Assembly (NCBI GenBank): GCA_041674845.1
Contig: JBAYUY010000001.1
Location: forward strand, 235,432-299,431
Source: Candidatus Shapirobacteria bacterium
GTDB lineage: Bacteria > Patescibacteriota > Microgenomatia > UBA12405
Reading direction: 5' to 3'
DNA: 64,000 nt
A program made the translations under genes and the position numbers. Under the pieces are notes generated by a model, which ran no database searches, was not told the DNA's origin, and saw only the letters and a list, made by a program, of their open reading frames with translations. Each line of letters starts with the position of its first letter. Positions within the stretch are counted from its first letter, which is position 1. This document shows positions 42,563 through 50,086 of this stretch, in pieces.

Positions 42563-45385
42563 ATGGCAGAAATATCTCTAAAATCAATAAAACTCCCAAG
42601 AACACCTTCGTTGAATTTAAGTGGTCTTTTCTTAAAAAATAAATCTAAAAAGAAAGAAAAAACAGTAAAGTTAAAACAATATATTTTACCATCAGATGAA
42701 TCAGCTTGTGACTATAGTCATGAAGATCTGTTTCAAAGAGAAAACATTTCTCTACAAATATCAGATTCAATTTTAAATTCATCTGGTCAAATGAATTTTC
42801 TAGTTTCTGGCAAATGGGGAATAGGTAAAACCAGTATTCTTAATGGTATTGAAAAAGATTTAAAAGGAAAAAACATTTCAATAATGTGGTTTTCTCCATG
42901 GAGATATTCTTCAAGCGATGAAAAATCAAATGCTATATCCAGGGCATTTTTAGTCAATCTTGCTGAAATTCTGAACAAACCACAAGAAATAAAAAATCTT
43001 TATTTAAATCGTAAAATTGAAACCCATAGAAACATCTTTAGTCAGTTTTTAATCTGGATTTCACTTTTTTTTGTTACTGCCTTGTTTATTATTGCATTGA
43101 TATATTTTGGCAGTTTAATTTTTGGATTATTTCCAATGTTTAACTGGAAAATTCCTAGAATATACAATGAACTTTGGAATAACTTAATAAATATTTATGA
43201 GTCGGAAGGCGGAAGAAATAAAGTCAATGTTATTTTGGCATTAATAGGATTATTATCCATACCAAGTATTGGTGATTTTTTTATGAGCCGTACTAGACAA
43301 TCAGCAGAAATATCAAAAGAAATTTCACCAGAACAACTTGAAAAATCATTTCAAAACATAATTAATAATTCACTAAAATTTAATTTTCTTCAAAAATTTA
43401 TAAGTTGGTGGGAAACAAGTGTTGAAGAAACATTTTTATCTTTTTTAGGAAAACCATTAACCATTTTTTTAAACAAAAACATATTAAAACCATTCAAACT
43501 AAAAAAATTAGTGGTTTTTGTTGATGACTTAGATAGGTGTAATAATAAAGAAATAAATGAGTTTTTGACCAGTATGAAAACTTTTTTATTTGATAAAAGG
43601 GTTTATTTTGTAATAGCAGCAGATATTGAAGAAATAGCAAAAGTAAACAAAGAGGGAAGAGACTATTTGAGAAAAATAATTCAAATTGATTGGAGTGTTC
43701 CATACTTAGAAGAAGAAAGTATAAAGAGTTTAATAAAATATTTAGTTAAAATTTCAAAAATTGAAGACAAAACGATAAATATTGAACAAATTATAAATTA
43801 CAGTCGCTATTCACCAAATCCAAGAAAGATAAAATACTACTTTAGAAGAACATTGTTTATATTAAATCACTTAGAAAGAACAGGTGGAAGTTATTCTTCT
43901 TCAGATATAACAATGTTGTATAAATTAATTTTACTGTCAGATTTAGATGAAAAACTTTTTGATCGGCTAGCAAATAATAGAGAATTATATTTCAAAGCAG
44001 AGAGTGAGCCAGGGAATCATCTTTTATACGAATCAAAATTTAAGGAAGGTAAGGAAATCAGTGCTAAACATATTCAAGGGAAATTCCTAAAAATAATAAA
44101 AGATATTCCAAGAACGAGTGATATAACAAAAGACTGGTCGGAAATAATATCTTTAATTTCTTCTATTGAAGGTGAAGCTGATGTTTCACTGGATTTTATA
44201 AAATTAGCTGGAGGTAATATTTTAAACGATGCAATATCGTATCTTAAAAAAGTTTCTTATGATTTTGAATCGTTAATTAAAATTCTTGTTTCTGACATAA
44301 ATCAGGGAATAGGGAAAATAGCTATTTATTTACCTCCACCAGAAGACCTAAATAAAGCCCCAGATAATTTACTTGAAATAGGAAATAAAATAATAACTTT
44401 ATGTAAATCATTAACTGTCAAAGAGTATCGTCAAGATCATGAAGAGTTTTGTTCTGATATTGCAGGACAATTTTTCCAATCACTAGAAAAACTTAATAGC
44501 CAAATAATAATTCAATATTTATGGAATTTTCAGTTAGATAATAGTTGTAGAGATGCTATCCTAAATCTTTTTTCTATTGAAAAAATGGCACCAAAAACTT
44601 GGTTTATTACTTTAATAAGTGATCCTTATTTTAATGATTTTTCTAAGATTGAAGAAATTACTAAAATTCTAGATGAAAACAAAGTTGGTTATTATGCGAT
44701 GAATCCAGAATTATCTTCAAAATTTGTTTCTTTTATTGATACTAATGCAGAGCAAATTCTTTCAAAAATAGAAGAAACACCTGATTTAGTTGATTTAGCT
44801 GATTTGGAAAATAAATTTGCTGAACTAAATTTAGAAGATGAGAGTAGAAATAGAATTTTAAAAATTATTTTAGATAATAATTTTGAAATAAGAGAAACAG
44901 TTTTTAACGATTTGCTTGAGTATGAGGATTATTTTAATCTTGGACAAGTTGTAGGCCGAATTTATTCTAATCAAGTTTTAAAAAATCAACTTAAAAAACA
45001 TATTATTGAGAATATTAATCTTGAAGCTAGTGGTGTTTTTGAGTTTATAAAAAGTATCTGGGAGATAGAAAAAATGAACGGATTAGATCTATGGGATAGT
45101 AATCTTTTATCTTCTATTAATATTAAGATTAGTCAAATTACTAACCAGTCTCTAAAAAATGAATATTTAAAATCTCTAATTTCAATATCAACCCAAAATA
45201 TTGAAGAAAATAAAGCCTCTATTCTTTGTCAATTTTATGAATCATTAATAAAACAGGCAGATTCAACCAAAGGAATGCTTTTTAGTGAATTCGGCAAATC
45301 TCGTTTAAGAATCAAAATAAATAAACTATGCGGTATTAAAAAAGTTATTAATTCAATTAAAAATGAAAGAAAGACTCAAAAATAA
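42563..45385 (+). CDS. KAP-family P-loop NTPase with membrane helices inserted in the NTPase domain
   Basis: 940 aa. Walker A is GKWGIGKTS (aa 83-91). Hydrophobic helices lie at about aa 162-192 and 221-238. Walker B is LVVFVDDLDRC (aa 316-326). A long helical C-terminal region follows. Confidence 0.8.
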   Translation: MAEISLKSIKLPRTPSLNLSGLFLKNKSKKKEKTVKLKQYILPSDESACDYSHEDLFQRENISLQISDSILNSSGQMNFLVSGKWGIGKTSILNGIEKDLKGKNISIMWFSPWRYSSSDEKSNAISRAFLVNLAEILNKPQEIKNLYLNRKIETHRNIFSQFLIWISLFFVTALFIIALIYFGSLIFGLFPMFNWKIPRIYNELWNNLINIYESEGGRNKVNVILALIGLLSIPSIGDFFMSRTRQSAEISKEISPEQLEKSFQNIINNSLKFNFLQKFISWWETSVEETFLSFLGKPLTIFLNKNILKPFKLKKLVVFVDDLDRCNNKEINEFLTSMKTFLFDKRVYFVIAADIEEIAKVNKEGRDYLRKIIQIDWSVPYLEEESIKSLIKYLVKISKIEDKTINIEQIINYSRYSPNPRKIKYYFRRTLFILNHLERTGGSYSSSDITMLYKLILLSDLDEKLFDRLANNRELYFKAESEPGNHLLYESKFKEGKEISAKHIQGKFLKIIKDIPRTSDITKDWSEIISLISSIEGEADVSLDFIKLAGGNILNDAISYLKKVSYDFESLIKILVSDINQGIGKIAIYLPPPEDLNKAPDNLLEIGNKIITLCKSLTVKEYRQDHEEFCSDIAGQFFQSLEKLNSQIIIQYLWNFQLDNSCRDAILNLFSIEKMAPKTWFITLISDPYFNDFSKIEEITKILDENKVGYYAMNPELSSKFVSFIDTNAEQILSKIEETPDLVDLADLENKFAELNLEDESRNRILKIILDNNFEIRETVFNDLLEYEDYFNLGQVVGRIYSNQVLKNQLKKHIIENINLEASGVFEFIKSIWEIEKMNGLDLWDSNLLSSINIKISQITNQSLKNEYLKSLISISTQNIEENKASILCQFYESLIKQADSTKGMLFSEFGKSRLRIKINKLCGIKKVINSIKNERKTQK

Positions 45386-45641
45386 AATAAAATCATTTTT
45401 CATAAAAATTACAAGTTTAAAAGAAAAAATCAAAAAAAATATGACAGATAATAAAGATTATATATTATGGATAGTTTCGTATTTAGTTTGTTTATCACCA
45501 CTCTTATTGTTCGCATTTATTTGGAAATATAGTGAAGGAAACGAATTACCATGGGTAATGATGTTTTCGTTTTATGTAATTTCTACTTTAATTTTTATCT
45601 TTGCGTTATTAAAACCAAATTTTAAATCAAAAGAGGAATAA
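45363..45641 (+). CDS. small membrane protein (2 TM)
   Basis: 92-aa ORF that overlaps the KAP gene end by 23 nt. An alternative start is M at 45441. Confidence 0.45.
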   Translation: MKERLKNKIKSFFIKITSLKEKIKKNMTDNKDYILWIVSYLVCLSPLLLFAFIWKYSEGNELPWVMMFSFYVISTLIFIFALLKPNFKSKEE

Positions 45642-45691
45642 TATACCAATATTGATTAGTAGAAAAAATGTTTAATAATTAAATATAAATA

Positions 45692-45934
45692 ATGGATTGT
45701 AATAAAAACATATTTGAAATTTGGAAAGAAAATGGTGAAAAATTACCGTTTAAGGTAATTCGTAATTCATGGGACGAAAACAAAGGTCATTTTGCACTTG
45801 TAAAAAAAATTGAAATAGGGAAATGGCCATATGGTAAGGCTTACGGTCAGTATTTTTACCATGGTAAACCTGGAATAATTGGCATTATTGGTTGTGCTGG
45901 TACATATGCTTGGAAATTAAAAGAAGAAAAATAA
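45692..45934 (+). CDS. hypothetical protein
   Basis: 80-aa ORF, Trp/Gly/Lys-rich, with no motif. Confidence 0.45.
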   Translation: MDCNKNIFEIWKENGEKLPFKVIRNSWDENKGHFALVKKIEIGKWPYGKAYGQYFYHGKPGIIGIIGCAGTYAWKLKEEK

Positions 45935-45941
45935 ATAACCT

Positions 45942-46463
45942 ATGCACTCAGTCAGAGAAATCATTATCAGGATGCAACCTTTTCCAATTGAACTTAAAAA
46001 GATTTGTAAAGAAAATCCTTCTTTTGAAGATGCACTTAAAAGTGTGCATCCAGAAAGGTTCGTTTCCTTGGGTGCTATAGTTACTTCTCAATGTCCTTTA
46101 GTACCAGAAGATGAAATAATCGGATTTTTTGTTTATGATTATAGAAATTTAAATAAACCAATTTTCAAACAAGATTTTATTGTAAATATTGGCAAGAAAA
46201 ATAAAGAATTTATTTTATATACAAAATATCCAAGATCATACAGTAAAACTATTAAAGATATTAGTGAATTTTTTAAAAAATATCCAACATATAATAAAAA
46301 AGATCATCACCCAAAGTATAGAAAATTACCAGACCTAATTAAGCCTAGGGCAAAAGAAGCTATTAGGTTAGCAAATAATATTTTAAAATTTGGTTTAAGA
46401 ACGGAACTTACTGATGATGAATTCAATCAATTTGATTTAGATTTAAAAAAGTTTGGTTTATAG
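45942..46463 (+). CDS. hypothetical protein
   Basis: 173-aa ORF, the last gene before the island's right junction. Confidence 0.5.
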   Translation: MHSVREIIIRMQPFPIELKKICKENPSFEDALKSVHPERFVSLGAIVTSQCPLVPEDEIIGFFVYDYRNLNKPIFKQDFIVNIGKKNKEFILYTKYPRSYSKTIKDISEFFKKYPTYNKKDHHPKYRKLPDLIKPRAKEAIRLANNILKFGLRTELTDDEFNQFDLDLKKFGL

Positions 46464-46480
46464 TCCGCACACAGCCATTC

Positions 46481-46771
46481 TTATTTGTTCCAAAGCAGGG
46501 AGGAAATTCTAAAATCACCTACAGAGGTATTGTCTTCGAATGCAGTTAAAGTTTGAGTAGTTAAATTAATTTCGATTCGTTTGTTGGAAAAATTTGTGGT
46601 ATCGCCTAAAATATTAGTATCGGTAAATTTTTGTGGAGGAATAGGTATTTCTTGATTGTTATAAATAGCCGTGTTTTGACTTGGATCGTAATTATTTTGT
46701 ATTTTTGTGGTTGGAAGTGGATTTTGGAATGATAAAAAACTGGCAAGAAAAGCGAGTAAGAGATTGTACAT
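46481..46771 (-). pseudogene. L,D-transpeptidase gene, N-terminal half (signal anchor plus start of YkuD domain) ending in 5 element-encoded codons
   Basis: The sequence reads ...KRIEINLTTQTLTAFEDNTSVGDFRISS and then LLWNK* from island DNA. Its continuation is at 34707 downward. Confidence 0.8.
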
Positions 46772-46790
46772 AATTTAGAATATCACTTTG

Positions 46791-46862
46791 TGGCCGCTAG
46801 TGGGATCGAACCACTGACCTTTCCAATGTGAATGGAACGCTCTACCACTGAGCCAAGCAGCC
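46791..46862 (-). tRNA. tRNA-Val (anticodon CAC)
   Basis: Acceptor GGCTGCT/AGCGGCC, D-arm GCTCAGTGGTAGAGC, anticodon stem TTCCA/TGGAA with loop TTCACAT, T-loop TTCGATC. Confidence 0.85.
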
Positions 46863-46871
46863 AATTGATAG

Positions 46872-47498
46872 TTGGATTATACAGTTAAAGACTGTAAACT
46901 GGAAGCTATGACAACTAACTTATCTTCACAAGCAGGTTTCTCATTTGGTAGCTTTATTTTAGAATTTGTACAATCAATTGTCTTGGCTTTGTCAGTATTT
47001 GTTTTAGTGTATTTGTTCATAGCACAACCAAACGAGGTTAAAGGAAGTTCGATGGTTCCTAATTTTACCGATGGAGAATATTTGTTAACAGACAAACTGA
47101 CATATCAATTTTCTGATCCAAAACGAGGAGATGTGGTTGTTTTTAAAGCTCCACCATCTGAACCGTGTTCTGAGAACGAATGTGAATATATAAAACGAGT
47201 GATGGGGGTTCCTGGTGATACCGTTATGGTGCTAGAAGGAAAGGTTTATTTAAATGGAAAATTACTTGATCAAACATTTTTACCTAATGATTATGTTTCT
47301 GATCCAGGTGAATTTTCTGTTGAGGGTGAAGAAAAAATTGTTCCACCTGGTATGTATTTGGCTTTTGGTGATAATCGATCGCATTCTCGAGATGGGCGCG
47401 AATTTGGTCCAATTAAAAAAAGCTTGATTGTGGGAAGAGCATTTTTTAAGTATTGGCCTTTTAATTCAGTTGGATTAATTCCCACTATTCGCTTTTAG
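46872..47498 (+). CDS. lepB: signal peptidase I
   Basis: S26 motifs GSSMVPNF (Ser) and GDNRSHSRDGR are present. The ORF track start is TTG at 46872; ATG at 46908 is a plausible alternative. Confidence 0.85.
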   Translation: MDYTVKDCKLEAMTTNLSSQAGFSFGSFILEFVQSIVLALSVFVLVYLFIAQPNEVKGSSMVPNFTDGEYLLTDKLTYQFSDPKRGDVVVFKAPPSEPCSENECEYIKRVMGVPGDTVMVLEGKVYLNGKLLDQTFLPNDYVSDPGEFSVEGEEKIVPPGMYLAFGDNRSHSRDGREFGPIKKSLIVGRAFFKYWPFNSVGLIPTIRF

Positions 47499-48327
47499 TT
47501 AGGGGTTTTTTGCAAATTTCTTGATATAAAATTTGCAGTTGTTCGAATCTTTGATCTAGCGGTCCCTTGAATTGGAAAATAACCTTGGTGTAAACATTGG
47601 TTTGAGATATTTTTACCTTGGTTGTTTTTTCTTCAAAAGTTGATTCAAAATCTTGACTAATACTGTCCATGCGACTTTTTAAAAATTGAGGAATGTTTTC
47701 GGCAGTAATAGGAACTAGTCCTTCATCGATTTTTTGACGCATACGACGGGCAATTTCTTCGGCTCGGCGAACAGAGGCTTTTTCTCGAATGACCATTTTG
47801 TAGGCTTCGATCATAAGTCGTGTATCACCGATTCCACCTAATGCTCGACCATGACCTTCAGAGATTAAACCGGACAACAAACCATCTTTAATGGCATCAG
47901 GAAGTGATAGTAGTTTTAAAACATTAATGACGTAAGGTACACTTTTGCTAACTTTTCGGCTAATAGCATGATTGTCCAAATTAAACTCATCTTTGAGCCG
48001 ATTAAAGGCCTTGGCGCGTTCGATTGGATTTAGGTCGTGGCGTTGAACATTTTCAACGATAGCCATTTCCAACATTTGTTGAGGAGTAGTTTTTTTTATA
48101 ATGACAGGGACATAAGGTAACTTTAATATTCGAGCAGCGCGCCATCGACGTTCTCCCGCGATTATTTGATAGCCTGCAGGAGTATGGGCAACAACTAATG
48201 GTTCAATTATGCCGTGTTCGCGAATTGATTCGACTAATTCAGAAACCGATTCGGGGTTTATTACACCGCGAGGTTGAAGCGGGTTTGGATCAAGCTGATT
48301 TGTGGGGAGTTGGGTTATATCTTTCAT
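47485..48327 (-). CDS. parB: chromosome partitioning protein ParB/Spo0J
   Basis: LDPNPLQPRG, IIAGERRWRAA, and HTH plus a C-terminal dimerisation region. Confidence 0.85.
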   Translation of the reverse strand: MKDITQLPTNQLDPNPLQPRGVINPESVSELVESIREHGIIEPLVVAHTPAGYQIIAGERRWRAARILKLPYVPVIIKKTTPQQMLEMAIVENVQRHDLNPIERAKAFNRLKDEFNLDNHAISRKVSKSVPYVINVLKLLSLPDAIKDGLLSGLISEGHGRALGGIGDTRLMIEAYKMVIREKASVRRAEEIARRMRQKIDEGLVPITAENIPQFLKSRMDSISQDFESTFEEKTTKVKISQTNVYTKVIFQFKGPLDQRFEQLQILYQEICKKPLTKSE

Positions 48328-48371
48328 AGTAAAACTATACTATGAAAACACCTCGTGAAAAAGATATCAGA

Positions 48372-48761
48372 TTATTTTTTGACTACTTTCTTGACAGTTA
48401 CTTTTTCGCCTAAGGCGGATTTCGCTTTGCTCAATTTGGCAACAGGTTTTTTGATTTTAGCGACTACTTTTGTTTCGACAGCGATAATTTCTTTTTTTAC
48501 AGTTTTGATGAAAGGTCTAACGACAGTGATAACTTTTTTACCTAACTTGTCAATAAATTTAACGACTCCAGGACGAATGGCATAAATAGTAAAATCTTTG
48601 CCTAATTTTGTGCCTAGTCCAGAGTGATATTTGGATCCAACTTGACGAGCAATTATTTGACCGACGGTTACTTTTTGTCCGCCTGATTTTTTAATACCCA
48701 GTCTTTGCCCGGGACGATTAGATTTTTGATTTGTTTTACCTTGTGACTTAGTATGTGCCAT
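48372..48761 (-). CDS. rpmA: 50S ribosomal protein L27 with Lys/Val-rich C-terminal extension
   Basis: MAHTKSQGKT...GQRLGIKKSGGQKVTVGQIIARQVGSKYHSG matches L27. At 129 aa it is longer than the usual ~85-95 aa. Confidence 0.85.
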   Translation of the reverse strand: MAHTKSQGKTNQKSNRPGQRLGIKKSGGQKVTVGQIIARQVGSKYHSGLGTKLGKDFTIYAIRPGVVKFIDKLGKKVITVVRPFIKTVKKEIIAVETKVVAKIKKPVAKLSKAKSALGEKVTVKKVVKK

Positions 48762-48770
48762 ATTTTTAAA

Positions 48771-49085
48771 CTATATATTAATTTTGGTAATTTTAATGTC
48801 GGTTAATTGAGCACGAAAACCCATGGTTTTACGGTAACGAGATTTTGCTTTGAATTTGGAAACACGAACTTTGTCGCCTTGGTATTGATTAACAATTTGG
48901 TATTCGACTGAAGCGTCTTTTACGTTTGGATTACCAATTTTGATTTTGTCATCATCAACAATTAATAATACCGAATCAATCTTTCCAGTTGAGTCTGTTT
49001 CACCTTCAATTTTGTCAACTGTAATTATTTGATTTTCCTCAACTTTGTATTGAGTGCCAGATGTGGCAATAATTGCGTATTTCAT
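48771..49085 (-). CDS. rplU: 50S ribosomal protein L21
   Basis: MKYAIIATSGTQYKVEENQII... The ATG at 49085 overlaps the rodA stop (ATGA). The longer ORF-track start (49223) lies inside rodA. Confidence 0.8.
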   Translation of the reverse strand: MKYAIIATSGTQYKVEENQIITVDKIEGETDSTGKIDSVLLIVDDDKIKIGNPNVKDASVEYQIVNQYQGDKVRVSKFKAKSRYRKTMGFRAQLTDIKITKINI

Positions 49086-50086
49086 AAGTTTGAGTATATC
49101 ACACCAAGTGAAAAAAGCAGAGCCATGAGGGATGATCCCCCAACAGATAAAAATGGTAAGGGAATACCTGTTACAGGAAAGACTCCAATATTCATACCAA
49201 TGTTTATTGAGGCTTGAATCCAAATTTCAAAAAAAATACCTAATGTAAATAAAAATAACGGTTTGTTGTGTTTGGTACCGTATGCTTTGTTAAGTAATGT
49301 TGTTAGCAAAACTATGTAGGCAAAAAAGATTAGAATAATGGATAGTGAACCTAGTTCTTCGGCAGTAGCAGCAAAAATAAAATCAGTGTGTTTTTCGGGT
49401 AAAAACAATAGCTGTCCTTGAGTGCCTTGACGATAACCTTTGCCAAAAAAACCTCCTGATCCGACTGCTATTTGTGACTGTATTAAATTATATCCTTGAC
49501 CCAATGGGTCATGTTGAGGATTGATAAAAGTTTCGACTCTATCTTTTTGGTAGTCGTGAATAAGATACTTCCAAACCAAGGGGGAGGCCATTGTGAGACA
49601 GACAACTCCAACAATGGCAAGCTTAAGTAATTTGGGAGAGTAAAGCAGAATGGGGATTAATAAAACAAGTATCGTAATAGCTGAACCAAGATCAGGTTCC
49701 ATTGCTACTATTGCCACTGGAATAAGGTGTAAAAGTGGAAATGGTCCTGAAGCTAAAAATAACATTAATGGGGGTTTGACAATTTCACTAGGTTGGATGG
49801 TAACTGGTCCTATGTTTAACCACCGTCGTGACCCTCTTGTAATATTTCCCAATATAATCGGTAATATTAAAAAAATGCATGATCCAATAAAAAATATCCA
49901 ACGGCTTTTTTGATTTAGATTCGGATTAATTTGAGTCCCGATGAAAAATAATCCAAAACTTATTGTCCAGGCAATAATTTGTTTTACCAATAGCTGTGGT
50001 GCTAAAGAAGAAATCATCAATAAATTTAGACACAAAAAAATTAGTAGTGAAGATACAACTGGAAATAATCGATGATTTAGCAACAT
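49082..50086 (-). CDS. rodA: SEDS-family peptidoglycan polymerase, RodA-like
   Basis: 334 aa, polytopic, with EPDLGSA, PEKHTDFIFA and GIPLPFLSVGGSS motifs. Confidence 0.75.
   Translation of the reverse strand: MLLNHRLFPVVSSLLIFLCLNLLMISSLAPQLLVKQIIAWTISFGLFFIGTQINPNLNQKSRWIFFIGSCIFLILPIILGNITRGSRRWLNIGPVTIQPSEIVKPPLMLFLASGPFPLLHLIPVAIVAMEPDLGSAITILVLLIPILLYSPKLLKLAIVGVVCLTMASPLVWKYLIHDYQKDRVETFINPQHDPLGQGYNLIQSQIAVGSGGFFGKGYRQGTQGQLLFLPEKHTDFIFAATAEELGSLSIILIFFAYIVLLTTLLNKAYGTKHNKPLFLFTLGIFFEIWIQASINIGMNIGVFPVTGIPLPFLSVGGSSLMALLFSLGVIYSNL

Larger units (their letters stand above)
34708..46502. mobile_element. ~11.8-kb integrated island (serine recombinase, R-M, KAP NTPase, unknown genes) inserted in an L,D-transpeptidase gene
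   Basis: The 4-bp core GGAG occurs at both junctions (34708-34711 and 46499-46502). Deleting the interval restores an uninterrupted frame, ...VGDFRISS|GKWDRTPIGEYKI... Confidence 0.8.

Noticed and set aside
46791-46862. tRNA-Val as the attachment site of the 11.8-kb island.
   Set aside because: The island junction is 290 nt away, inside the L,D-transpeptidase coding sequence (GGAG core at 46499-46502). No tRNA-Val fragment is duplicated at the other end.
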